A stretch of DNA of 64,000 nt from Octopus sinensis (taxonomy: Eukaryota): contig NC_043014.1 of NCBI RefSeq assembly GCF_006345805.1, positions 9,362,001 to 9,426,000 on the forward strand, written 5' to 3'. This document shows positions 37,703-51,644 of the stretch, piece by piece. A program made the translations under genes and the position numbers. A model generated the notes under the pieces. The model had not been told where the DNA came from. It saw only the letters and a program-made list of their open reading frames with translations, and ran no database searches. Each line of letters begins with the position of its first letter. The stretch's first letter is position 1.

Positions 37703-38286
37703 CCAATCTTTCTATCTGTCCGCCTAATTTGTCTATACGTATGTGTGTATATATGTATACACATATATATATATGCATATATGTACAATCATCGTTATAT
37801 GTTTTATCGTATATTTAATCTTTCTATAATAGGTAATTTTGCTAAATGAAAAAAATTTATTTTTCATTATTGAATTGATAAAAGGTTTTTTTTCTTCTAA
37901 TTTATACACACACGTGCGCGCGCGCGCATATATATATATATATATATATACACGTATACAAAGATACATAGACCATACATGCATATATATATTTCTTGTT
38001 ACTTCGCTGAGAGTTTGCTGGTGTAATTTGGCGAAAATATGAAGAGTAGTATATTAGTATATTAAGTGTATGATTAAGTTACGGAATGAAGTTCTGCAAT
38101 TCCAGTTATATTTGTCCAAAATGGAGGAGATAAGAGATTAAAAAGTTGTAAGAATTTGATTATTTTTTAATAATAATAATGATGATGAATATTAATAATG
38201 GGGCAGCCATGACACAAAGACACACTCATATTATATATATATATATATATATAATATATATATATTATATATATATATATATATAT

Positions 38287-38569
38287 AAGAGACAATATAT
38301 GTGCATGTTTGCATGTAAGTATAAATATACAGTTTTAGACTTGGTTATACATTTGGTAGTATTTTGATTAAAGCACGTTCACCGTATTCGACCACCTGAT
38401 GTCATCACCATATTTTGTATATATATATATACAAAATAAGAAAATGGAGGAATATACTTTAATCAATCATCAACTTCCAGATAATACCCATTCACATAAT
38501 TTATTAACCAGCTACATAGGAACATCAAGATCAAACACAGTAATACAGAACAACCCCTATCTCACTTTG

Positions 38570-38604
<35 letters not shown>

Positions 38605-39527
38605 GGTTTCTTTCAGTTTTTGTCTACGAAAGCCATTCAGAAAACTTTTGTCGGTATGAGGCTATAGCAGAAGAAATTTGCACAATTTTCCACACAGTTG
38701 AACAGAACCTGAAACCATACGGTTGGCAAGCAAACTTCTTACCTAACAGCCACGCCTCTGACAAATACATACGAAAACATATCCACTCCTCTATGAATAT
38801 CAATATGAATATGACTAACAATATACGGATATCAATAACACAGCATGTGAATATCGATAACAGTGTATATTTTGCTCAAGCAATAATTGCGCGGTCAGTA
38901 TATAGGAATTAACTGAATAAATAGTCCGTAACATTAAGCAACGAAATACAGTCTTATTTGCATATATTCCATATGTTTCAGCATACTTTGTTGAATAGTT
39001 CATTGTTCAGGAAAAAGCTATTTTACGACAATCATAGATACATAAAGGGCGCCATACCGCAGGGTATAATATCAATTTCGAATAATTCAGTAAGCCCACA
39101 AATTGACTCCGTAGTACACATTATTAATGTTTATAGCAATATGTTTCTACTAAAGGAGAGATTTCGTTACCTGGCTATTATTCTGGGTAATCTGTAGTTA
39201 ATTAATCAATTGTGCCTATTATATTGCCAAAAGGCACATTTGATCATATGTTGATATCTTATTAATCGTTACGAAAAACTGTTAATAGGCTTTTCATTGC
39301 TCAACATTATGCATAGGGATTCCTCCTAGCTTAGCCTCTACATCCTGGAGTGCGTATCATACGGGTGTATGGGTAACAAATCCAGGGTAATGTATATCTA
39401 TGATGTTGATGACATTAGGTGGTCGAATACGGTGAACGTGCTTTAATCAACATACTACCAAATGTATACCCAAGTCTAAAACTGTATATTTCTACTTACA
39501 TGCAAACATGCACATATATTGTCTCTT
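38287..39527. repeat. ~125-bp inverted repeats ~1 kb apart (foldback/MITE-like or local inverted duplication)
   Basis: 38287-38411 vs the reverse complement of 39403-39527, about 5 mismatches. Confidence 0.88.
38601..38758 (-). mobile_element. Old SINE family A 5' half
   Basis: Diverged reverse complement of the A head to ctgaaagaaacctgcc. Confidence 0.7.
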
Positions 39528-39597
39528 TTCTCTCTCGCTCTATCTCTATCACTTTCACTCTTTATACTTATATATATATTATATATGTAGATGTATA

Positions 39598-39628
<31 letters not shown>

Positions 39629-39739
39629 TATGTGTGTGTGTGTGTGCGTGTGTGTTCATACACATACATATAGATATATTATACATAGTATATATATATA
39701 TATACATATATATATATTATATTATATGGGGGGCAAAGG

Positions 39740-40290
39740 AAAGTGATTGCGTCACTCATAGCCTCTCCTCTCCATGTGTATGATCGCGCAGAACTTCTAC
39801 CTGGCTGCGCCTGTGAAAAGTTCTTGCTAATGGCCTCTCCTGCACTACCTGTGTCCACACCAGCACCTTCACGGGTACCCCCCTGTTCTCACTGAGCCTG
39901 CTGTGTGTTGCGCGACCGGGTGCTTGGCGGTATAACCAGTTGGGCAGACTGGGCTCGTTAGCCTTGGTTGGCAGCCAGTCTAGGAGAAGGAAAACTCCGA
40001 CTCCAAACCCTCGCTCCGCTGCCTTGCGGATGCTCTTGGAGAGGGAAAGGCTATGGGAGTAACCCAGACAGAAAATCCGGAGTGGAGCCCCGAAGGCGGT
40101 AGGGGTGTCGAATCTCGACCCCTTTCCGGCAACTCCTGCAGCCAACCAGATTCCAAACGTACTGCACTGCATTCCTTTGGATTATGTCTGGAGGGCCGAG
40201 AGGGAGATTCTGTGTCTGGGCAGCCCAGTGTCTTCTTTCTATCTACCGCCCAGGCTTGCGCCATGGAGAAACTACTACCCATCAATGGAA
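39740..40290 (+). mobile_element. Probable RTE-clade LINE 5' UTR fragment
   Basis: GC-rich block with tagccttggttggcagccagtctaggagaaggaaaactc..ccaaacc and cggcaactcctgc..ccaaacgta..ttcctttggatta, motifs recalled from RTE 5' regions; no ORF follows. Confidence 0.5.
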
Positions 40291-40343
40291 TATATATATA
40301 TATATACATATATATACATAGATAGATAGATAAATACATATAT

Positions 40344-40700
40344 AGGCGCAGGAGTGGCTGTGTGGTAAGCAGCTTGCCTACCAACCACATGCTTCTGTTT
40401 CAGTCCGACTGCGTCGCATCTTGGACAAGTGTTTTCTACTGTGGCCTCGGGCCGACCAAACTCTAATGAGTCGTATATATATATATAGGCACAGGCGTGG
40501 CTGTGTGGAAAGAAGCTTGCTTCCCAACTACATGTCTCTGGGTTCAGTCCCGCTGCGGTGGGCAAGAAGTGTTTACTTTGCGAGCCGACCACAGCATTGT
40601 GAGTGGGTTTGGTAGACGAAAACTGTATTTGACTGTCTCTGAAACTTATCGCTTCGGCCAAAGAAACCAATAGAATATGCTCCAGAATGGCTCCCGTCAA
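40344..40700 (+). mobile_element. Two adjacent degraded SINE family A copies
   Basis: Heads at 40344 and ~40486. Confidence 0.8.
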
Positions 40701-40721
40701 AGTTCTGAAAAAATTATATAT

Positions 40722-40766
<45 letters not shown>

Positions 40767-41540
40767 TACATATACATGCATATATACATGTGTGCGTTCG
40801 TGTGTCAGTGCGTGTGCACATGTGTATATGTTAGTTTATATATATATAATTTAACATGTTGCAGGATCATCCTTTATAAACTAATGCGTTTACAAGTTCA
40901 TAATGCAGATCTTATCTTGTGCTCTCTCAAGGTAAACGAGAAACGGTCTTGGGCGAGCTTCTCTTTATGATACCAGTAAATGGTACTTCTGTTATTATAT
41001 ACTATAACAGACGACCAGGTTAAGTGATCACGCATTAGTTAATTCATTGGATATGCAACCTTTTTGAGATTTACCAAGAAATCCCCCAACTGGAAGATGA
41101 AATGCAAGCTCTAATTTTTAATGATATACTGCAAATTTCCAATTCCGATACATGAGAGATTTTAAATGATTCTCTTTGACAAGTGTTGCTCTGACTTTTG
41201 AAAACTAATAAACGTAGCATTACTCACTGATGAAATCACTTACGAGTAATTATTTTTTCAGATTTGTGTCTCAGTCCAGTCTAGAATAGAAATTAACTGT
41301 TTCTCTAATTTTGCTGTTTTTCAATTTTTGATTTATGTGTACATTCATTGATGTATATAGCAAAGAGTTTGCAATAAAGTATTATCATTACTATAGTTCT
41401 CATCTTACACGTACAGAGAAGCGCATATTTCACCAGCACATACATACATGCATATATATATAGTTTGGTAAGATAGAAAGATGAATAATCTTGTTGCAGA
41501 TTAATCAAGAAGTTTAACCGATACTTGGTAGCAAAAATCA

Positions 41541-41861
41541 CTTATTCTTTGTAAGCCCATTACTTATTCTATCGGTCTCTTTTTGCCGAACCCTAAGTGA
41601 CGGGGACGTAAACACCAGCCATCGTTGTCAAGCAATGCTAGGGGACAAACACAGACCACACAAACATATACACACACACTTATATATATATACATATATA
41701 CGACAGCTTCTTTCAGTTTCCGTCTACCAAATCCACTCACAAGGCATTGGTCGGCCCGGGGCTATAGCAGAAGACACTTGCCCAAGATGCCACGCAGGGA
41801 CTGAACCCGGAACCATGTGTTTGGTTAGCAAGCTACTTACCTAACAGCCACTCCTGCGCCT
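41541..41861 (-). mobile_element. SINE family A, 3'-truncated
   Basis: Reverse complement of the head, microsatellite and part of the 3' half. Confidence 0.88.
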
Positions 41862-41879
41862 ATATATATATTATATATA

Positions 41880-41959
<80 letters not shown>

Positions 41960-42289
41960 TATATATATACATTTACTTTGAAATTAATTACCATTTTAAA
42001 TTGCTATACTTTTGTATCCGGTTTCCTGATAAAAGCAAATTGAAAAAAAACTACACAATTTATCAAAAACCATGAAGTAATATCTGTTTCGGCGAATCAT
42101 ACACAACTGTGTTCAAATAATAGATTTGTGTAGTCAGATGTAATTAATAAACGAACATTCGTTATTTGAAACGTATCGAATGCCATTATAGTCTGCGTAT
42201 ATCTTCTGAAAAAGTAATTGCTTTGATTTTAAACAGCCATAACTTTGATACACGTAAATGTGTTTAATATTATTACTATTATACGTGTG

Positions 42290-42678
42290 TGTTTGTATAC
42301 TATATATATGTATATATGTATATATATGTCTATATATATATATATATATATATATAAACACACACACACACATATATATATATATAATATATATATATAA
42401 TATATGTATGTATGTATAATATACATATATATGTATATATATTAAAACCACACACACAATATATATAATTTATATATACAAATATATAAATACATGTATG
42501 TATATATGTATATATGTGTGTGTATATCTATATACGTGTTTTTATGAGTATATATATGTGTATATATATAAACGTTATATATATGTGTGTACGTATTATA
42601 TATATAATACCTGCAACATATATTTATAAATATACTGAGTTGCTGTACATTTATTTGTAATTAGAATTCTTCAATAAA

Positions 42679-42718
<40 letters not shown>

Positions 42719-42772
42719 ATGTATCTTATATATCTGTATATGATATATATATATATTTATATATCTATATAT

Positions 42773-42805
<33 letters not shown>

Positions 42806-42819
42806 CATTATTATATACT

Positions 42820-42853
<34 letters not shown>

Positions 42854-42877
42854 GTATATGTATATATATATATATTA

Positions 42878-42936
<59 letters not shown>

Positions 42937-42995
42937 ATATATATTATATATATTATAACATATATATAATAGACATATATATATATATATATACA
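42290..42995. repeat. Long degenerate (TA)n/(TATG)n microsatellite field
   Basis: Directly visible. Confidence 0.95.
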
Positions 42996-43892
42996 TTCGT
43001 TAATTAGCGGCGCTAGTTAAAACTGTCTCTCAATTGTAACTATTGCTATAAATTCAATTTATTACGTTGTGTTTTTTTTTATTTAATTGAATTGTTTATA
43101 AGTTTTGTTTTATGTATTTCTCTGTAATATGTAGAGCTTCGTTTAACACAATCTGTTATAATGAATGTTGCATTCGGAATACGAGAACGACAAAGGATTA
43201 GTGAAATAATCGCCATGCCGAAAACACAGGCTGGAAATCGGTCAGAATCGGAGAAAAGTTACAAAGTCAATGGCAAAATGTTGAATACTGACTTTAAAAA
43301 AATTATTTAAATTGATGCAAAATGATTTGGATGGAAGCAAATTATTCCAAATCAAGCCGTGAATATAATAAACGTAACATCAATTAGAAAAATGTAATAC
43401 AGCCTATTCTTTGATGATTTTTACTAGAGTTATGAAAATGAAACAAAATATTCCTATATATATATACAGACATGAATCATGATTACAAAAAAAAAATCTC
43501 ATTAGCAAATTTTCATTAATTTGCTTCAATGTAGATATTGAAGTAGTTAAGTAGTTAACGTGTAATTGGTTCGGAAACGGTAGAGCTGAGTAGAGGGTAA
43601 CAGTAATAAATGCAGGCATACAACGCCATGTTGATTTAAGGAGAGTCTTTCATTGAAGGACTGAAACTATACCTCGTAGGATATGACATTTTTTTTGTTC
43701 TCGTGCAAATGTATTCAAAGTAAGATAAATAAAGTAATATGAGTAAAATCTGTATTGGAATTGCAGAAGAGATATGGAATAATAATAATAATGATAATAA
43801 TATAATAATAATAATAATAATAATAATATAATATAATAATCTACTACTACTACATACTACTACTACTACTACTACACTACTACTACTAATTA

Positions 43893-43933
<41 letters not shown>

Positions 43934-43970
43934 TAATAATAAAAGAAGAAGAAGAAGAGAAGAAGAAGAA

Positions 43971-44545
43971 GGAATATATTCACAGACACGACAGAGTTGG
44001 GACCTACATACACTGGAAGCTATGCTAACTTATGGAATAACGACAGAAAAAGATGGTATAAGCACACACCAAAATGTCACAGAAAACGAGAACAACCATA
44101 CTCGGGATATGCCAATACACACAGATAGAGAAATTAGGTCAACAGCCAGATATAGTTGTCAGAGATCATAAGAAAAAATGCTTTATAATTGATGTATCAA
44201 TACCAGCAGATGACAACGTGTCCCTAAAAGAAATGGAGAAACTTTCAAAATACAATGACCTGGAAATAGAGGTAACCAGAATATGGAATCTAAAAACAGA
44301 AACAATTCCTATCATAGTAGGCATGATAAAAAAATATTCAGACAAATACATAACAAAAACACCAGGACTTACAAACACATATAACATACAGAAAATTGCA
44401 CAGCTAGGCACTGCACACATCCTACGCAAATCAGTTTCAATACAATAACCATCAGAGCATCGCAACAAATCACAACACATGCCCAAGGCACACAGAGTTG
44501 CGCTCGGTAGTGAAGTGAAAGCACACTATAAAAATAAAACTACTG
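43971..44545 (+). mobile_element. 5'-truncated R4/Dong-type non-LTR retrotransposon (restriction-like endonuclease domain)
   Basis: Frameshifted HRHDRVGTYIHWKLC, then PDIVVRD..CFIIDVSIP.DDNV..KEMEKLSKY.DLEIE..W...TIPIIVG...IQKIAQLGTAHILR (PD..D..K REL motif); flanked by AAT-rich microsatellite. Confidence 0.82.
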
Positions 44546-45754
44546 AATAATAATAATAGTGTTGATGATGATGATTATTTTCCTTGCTACAAATCATAAA
44601 TGATACAAACATCACAAAATGTATAATTTGTATGGTGTCCTACGGACAAGATGAGCAGAAAAAATTGGAATACACGGCCAAATAATAGGGGTGCATAAAT
44701 AGTATACAAATTATAATATGACTGATGCAGTCCTCTTGATACAGGAGAAAACCCTAGTAGGGGCAATCAACGAATCCCAGGATTCCAGGATAACCCTACA
44801 AAGGGACGACTCCTTGCCCAGTTTTTCGTTTCCACTCTACAGAAATATTGTTAGAATTAGTGAAGTCACTCTAAATATTTTTGTCACAAAATATCTCGGA
44901 GGTTTTCAATGGATATTATCGAAGTTAAAGTTTGTTACTGCTTTATTTCCTAGATTGAAACATTTCAGAAGCAAAGATAATTTCGTTTCGACTTAAATTT
45001 TCTAGGGTTGGCCATAAAATACTTAGTGTAATGTTGAACGAAAGTGTAACGAAGGTTTTGGATGAAATAGTTTCCAATATGTCTAGTATTATGCTAGAAA
45101 TCTTTAAGTAAGTACCACATACAAGGACCTACTATCAATCAAATCCATAAAAGAAATGCCGTTAGGTAACTATTTGCCGTAAAAGATTTCCGAAATCTAT
45201 TTATTAATGTTGTCTTTCCAGCATTTGAAACTCAACAGTAGCCATGCACGCTTCTTTGATATTTATGTTCGTAAGTACGCTAGAAAATCAATTGCCATCC
45301 AATATATATGTATATACAACCTTCTAAGAAATTGCTTTGTATTTTAAATGACGATAATGTAAGAATAAAGCCACAGGAAGAAATATGGTTTAACCGATGA
45401 TAACCCACCAGCAAAGAATGCTTTAGTATTGCCAATAATGCAGAGCACTCAATAACGCGCATATAAATACAATATTAACCCCTGTGTGGATTTAGAAATT
45501 CAGTATTAATACGGTAAGGGAAAAGAATTTGCAATACGAATACAGACGCGATAAATTGAATGAAATTCCACGATATTACAATATGGATGAAAATTGTCAG
45601 CTGAGAAAACAAACCTAATTATGTGAAACGTACGGTAAAATATACTTATGGACAGAGTAAAGTTGAGACAAACAACTGCGCTATCATTCGACTCTAGTTC
45701 CTTCTAGAAAAGCTGAGGTTTCACATTTTGGGTGGAGGTAATGTACAAATCGTA

Positions 45755-45990
45755 TCTCTTTTACTCTTTTACTCTTTTACTAGTTTCAGTCATTTGGCTG
45801 TGGCCATGCTGGAGCACCGCCTTTAGTCGAGCAAATCGACCCCAGGACTTATTCTTTGTAAGCATAGTTCTTATTCTATAGGTCTCTTTTGCAGAACCGC
45901 TAAGTTATGGGGACGTACACACACCACCATCGGTTGTCAAGCGATGTTGAGGGGACAAACACAGACACACAAGCATATACACACACACAT

Positions 45991-46022
<32 letters not shown>

Positions 46023-46286
46023 TTTCCGTGACCGACCAGGCCATCAGATGTTGTTACACATCGCTGGTCACAATGTGCTTCGCATTGTTTTCGCATATAT
46101 ATATATATATATGTATGTATACATATATACGACGGGCTTCTTTCAGTTTCCGTCTACCAAATCCACTCATAAGGCTTTGGTCGCACCGAGGCTATAGTAG
46201 AAGACACTTGCCCAAGGTACTACGCAGTGGGACTGAACCCAGAACCATGTGGTTGGTAACAAAGCTACTTACCACACAGCCACTCT
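45755..46286 (-). mobile_element. SINE family A with a 75-bp foreign insert (46022-46096) in its internal microsatellite
   Basis: Both halves present; the insert is flanked by (TA)n. Confidence 0.85.
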
Positions 46287-46671
46287 TATGCTTATAATTC
46301 AGAAATGCTTTATAATGATACAATTCAGTTTAATCAGAGGAAACAAAAAATCGATGATCGAGGACAAAGAAGAGAAAGAAAGATGGATATTAAAGAAATA
46401 AATGAAAGATCGATATTTCAAACATTTGGCAATTGTATACAATGACAGTGGAAATAGTGATAACTATTTGGCAAAAAATATTTCTCTGATAGAAAAATGC
46501 AGAGGGCTTATCAAAGCAAGTATACGAACGACTTCATGCAGAAAAAAATTACAAAATATTCGTCACCTATTCAATAACAATTCTTGGAAATATATCAATA
46601 TATCAATATATATATTATATATATATATATTATATATATATATATATATATAATTATTATATATATATATC

Positions 46672-46734
<63 letters not shown>

Positions 46735-46749
46735 TATATGTATAATATA

Positions 46750-46905
46750 GGGAGACTTCACGAATAAAACTAAAGACGAAGACAGTGTGTACAAACAAAC
46801 ATATGTATAGTATAACGCTCAGGAATAGAAAAAGTCTTTTACGTTTTCGAGCCTACGCTCTTCTACAGAAAGGGACACTGAAAAAAAACAAATTGAGAGA
46901 GAAAA
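46750..46905 (-). mobile_element. Penelope-like fragment with degenerate hammerhead (46836-46872)
   Basis: Minus strand cttt-CTGTAGA-A-GAGC-gtag-GCTC-GAAAAC-GTA-aaag; homologous to 53825-53985. Confidence 0.6.
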
Positions 46906-47466
46906 AATGTGTGAAGTGGCTACATTATATATATATATATATATTTAATACCCAAGGAGGGGAATATGAAAAGCACTGATGTTACTTTCTAGGCCTACTT
47001 TGAAGTGAGTAAGAGAAGTATTTTCCAAACGCTTGGACGCTTGCTTCATGGTCACCTCTCTTAAAGTAACTCCGATAAAAGTATCCCTCGCAATAAACGA
47101 ATATACAGATCGCACTAAACGATGAAAAGACCAATCAAATTATGACGGACGGAAACCTTTGTAAACAACAAAGTAACATAAGAAAATATTAATATACATA
47201 TTTAAACTTATCAACAAAATAGAAAATGCACCGAGAAATTGCTTCATAGTATAATAATAATAGAATAACTAGAATGTAGTATATATTCTAATGAATCCAA
47301 TATATACAGTGGTTGAAAGACATATATAGCAGACTGGGAAATTAGAAAGACATGAGAAAATTTTATTTAAACGATATCAGTGGAAATATATATTAATATG
47401 TCTAGTTCTGTCTGTTTGTACTTGCATCGCAGATGTCTCTTATTCCGTATTAATATAGTAAAACTA

Positions 47467-48027
47467 TTGGGTTGTCCGGAAAGTTCGTGACGATTTTTAA
47501 AGGAAAGAAAAAGGTCAATAAATACTTGACATTACATTTCTAATCAACCAAATATGAACCATTTTGTCGCACATGCGTCTCCAACTTTCCTTTAACTTGA
47601 AAATACCCTCTTCACAGAATTGAGGTGGGTCCATGGCAAAGAATTCATCAAGGTATCTTTTTACGTCATTCAAGGAATTGAAATTTTTACCATTAAGACT
47701 ATTCTGCAGAGACTTGAATGAGTGGAAATCCGAAGGAGCAATATCTGGTGAATATGGAGGGTGGGGTAACACATCCCAGCCGAGCTGCAGCAATTTTTGT
47801 CTGGTTCCCAAAGCATCAAGTGCCGAAAACTTGCGTATGTTCCATTTTAAATGGTTACAGAATTAACACAGGTTATAGGAATATAAACCTACTTCTATGA
47901 AAACATAGCTCAAACTGTGCTCTAAATGGAGGTGTAGTCAAATCCTATTTTATGAATTCAGCCATGTTCTAAAATAAGTCGAAAGTTAAGCTACTATAAA
48001 TCGGCACGAACTTTCCGGACAACCCAA
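47467..48027 (-). mobile_element. Internally deleted mariner transposon (non-autonomous, 561 bp)
   Basis: ~30-bp TIRs ttgggttgtccggaaagttcgtg(a/c)cgattt; TA TSD at 47465-47466 and 48028-48029; transposase C-terminus GWDVLPHPPYSPDIAPSDFH (ORF 47515-47811) joined to an N-terminal stub near 47820-47845. Confidence 0.92.
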
Positions 48028-48657
48028 TACGTAGATAGAGACTTCATTATTGTACTTGGTTCGCAAGGTTCTTAATAATAATTCATGTGTTGAAGCAAAT
48101 CTCGTATCTCAAGAGGGAGGTTATGCAAATAATAACAACACACGCACTGGTTCAATATCATTCATTTATTGCCAATCAATATTTAATCAACTAATTAATC
48201 GATCTTTCGTTTAATGTCATGGTTAAACAATCTCTCTTCAAGAGACAGGATATATAATTCAATAGGTTGTTGCTAGTGCTGAAAAGAACCATTGACTAAC
48301 AACAGATTGATTGTTTAACATTCACATTCACATTAATCCAACAATCGACTGAAAATAAGGAATTGACATTGAACCTGTGCGTGTGTCATTGTTATCGGCG
48401 TGATGACCCTCCCAATAGGCAACAATGTACAGAGAGTAACTGTACCAATAAAATACAAGTTTTACAGAAATATGAATTGCCTGAACATTTTACCAATATA
48501 TCTAGGCTGACTTTAGTTCTCATCTAATATTAATGATTGATGCGATTGGGGTAACAGACACTAGGAATTTTAGACTTTCGATCAATTTTCATCGAGATGA
48601 ACGAGGAATAAACAACGAATATAATACATTCAAAGCGGCGCGAAAATTGCACAAGAC

Positions 48658-48811
48658 ACATGCATACATACACACATACATGCATACATACATACATACA
48701 TACATACATACATACTACATACATACATACATACATACATGATATACATACATACATACCTACATACATCTATTTATCTATATATATACATATATACATC
48801 TATATATATAC

Positions 48812-48846
<35 letters not shown>

Positions 48847-49219
48847 ACATATATATATATATATACATGCATATATATACATATATATATACATATATAT
48901 ATATATATACATATATGTATATATATATATATATACCTATATATATATATATATATACCTATATGTATATAGTATATATATATTAATATATATATACCCA
49001 TATATATATATAAATATATTATATATATATACCATATATATACCCATATATATATATAATATATATAGATATATCCATATTATATATACATACATACATA
49101 TATATACATATATATATATATACCTGTATAAATATATACATATATACATATATATATATGTATATATAGTACATACATATATAATCCTATATGTTTATGT
49201 ATGTATATATATATATATG

Positions 49220-49281
<62 letters not shown>

Positions 49282-49320
49282 TATGTGCGTGTGTGTATGT
49301 GGTGTGTATGTAAATTTACA
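48658..49320. repeat. (CATA)n/(TA)n microsatellite field
   Basis: Directly visible. Confidence 0.95.
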
Positions 49321-51644
49321 TGTATGTATATTACAAATGTACGTGCACTTAGATGAACTGAGGCAAATTCTAATTTGCATAGAAGCCAGAATAACATGAC
49401 CTACATTTTCGTAAAAAAAGAAAAAAAAGATTAGTTAGCTTCCATTGAACAGAGTTAATGCTACACAACATATCTGATTACATTGAAAAGGCTTCACTCT
49501 TGACACAACTCCAACATCTTTTCATACATCATCAAAAACAGATTAACTTTTCTTCATTTCCTCGTCTCCCCAACATCAACTTCGACGGTTCTGATAAATA
49601 TTTCGATCTATTTTCTGATTTCCATCTTCACAATTATCTTTTTTCTAAAGGTATATCTCCTAGCAATTGAATACAATTTTCATGAAGTATGTGTTTTCTG
49701 TTGGGTGTTTTTTTCGCGTAGATGTCTCGTCAGATGCTCTTGAATAGAGTTCGAATCGAATATCTCTATAACTACTTAGCAATTATTAATGTGTAGCCCA
49801 GTTAGCCCATTTCTCTCATCTTCATCTAATGACACTTTAATGCATCCATTAAAAGTCTTCACTCTACAATTAAGAAATGTAGACTCGAGTTTAATGAATT
49901 GTTCCGATCACGAGAATCATCCATGTTATTACTGAATCCATATTCAACGTCGTCAACGTTCCACGTTAAGATGTTTGATAAGGAAAAATCTTGCTTTTTG
50001 AATTTAATTCTTTTTTAAAATTTGCTCTCATATCCAGTAAAACACTTCTTTCTTACCGTCTCACATTATTCTAAGAGGCTTATATTTCTAGATTTGCTTT
50101 GAGCTTTGGTTATCATTTGACCAATAAAGGAATTTCGTCAGACGAAATAAAGAGGACATCTTAGGTTCCTACCTAAATTACTTCACAATACTCTACAGAT
50201 GGAACTGAAATGAAATTTGGTTGTCATATCTTGCAATACGGGAGACCTCTGAGAGGTTCCTTAAACAATTTTATCTTTCCATTTTAAACGATTATATTAC
50301 ATAGATTAAGAGGAAACTAGGTTTGTCATTTTAATTAAGATTTTGTATTAGTTTAACATTATGTGTCATCTAATTGAGATAGAAGAAGCATCTGACTTGT
50401 ATTACAGTCAATTTGATTTGTTAATCAGTAGCAATATAAAGTGTATGGTTATCCTGTTCAGTCACGAAGCAGAATGAGACGCACGCTAATTCCTTTAAAA
50501 CGTTTAGTTTAGTCCATTAACAGAATTCAAAATCAGTCGATGTAATTGGTATCATTGCTTTTCGCAAAAATAAATGAAAAACTAATCTTTTAACGTGAGT
50601 TCAGTTCAAATACTCTAAATAACTGCTAAATATCCAGCAATAGAGACAACATATTCTTGAAATATGAACAAGGCATTTTGTGCATTTCTAAGTAAAATAC
50701 AAAAGGAGACACAATCCTGGCTGAGATGTCTTTTATCTCATGTGGGATGACTGGGAGATTTTGATTGAAATCAGTGCAATACAAGTCTATGGCGCCCCTA
50801 ATCCAAATAAGGTTTGTAAGGTGGGATCGAAATCTTCAATTGTAAGTCTGTTAAACAGTGAACATTAATCTGGAACTTTTTCGAGATCATCATAGCAAAC
50901 AGAACTGCTATTATGTGAAATTTGAGACGCGACTTAAATGTATGATGAGCAGTGCTGCCCCCTGTGAGAAAAATGGGAACAATTCTGGGTGGGGGTTACA
51001 CTACAAAAGCGGTTTCCTTGTGTGAACGAAAATTGCCTAGCAAACATTAGAGTGAAAAAACAATTTCGTTTGTTCATATAGTTTCAAAGACAACTTTTCC
51101 CACCGAGTCAAATATTATTAAAAGTCTGATCCATGTGTAAGCTACTTTTAAACTGTTATCTAGAGCTATTAAATATGTTGGATAATTTGTTCCGGTGGAT
51201 GAATGACATGGTGGCCTGAAATAGCTCTTGACTGAGAATTATATCTCCTACGTCTGAGGTCTGCACTCTTTGCATGGTGTTTGGCAGTTATGGACTGAAT
51301 AACAGATTCCTTGCAGACCTTGCTCACATGACATGTTGGAAATAAAATCCCGTTGAGTATTTCTTTATCTGAAGTTCTTAATATCGCATGTCTTCCGCAT
51401 TCCTGGTTATTGTTTGAAGTACCAGAGAATGTTATTGTAACAGTAGGTACTCATCAATTCTCGGACAATGAGTCTTCAGCCCCTCCCATCCTAGCTTTGC
51501 GGTTTACATCGTCTTGCCAATGACCTATAAAATAGTCGTTTCACTGGATACAGCAGAAGACTAAAAAAATCTGTTTGGAGGACCACGATTAAGTTGAACT
51601 ATGGATACTTTACAGGAGCCGTCTGAGATTTAAATATGTCTGAG

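Noticed and set aside
50940-51010. Box C-like ATGATGA suggesting a snoRNA
   Set aside because: No box D (CTGA) or terminal stem at a suitable distance.
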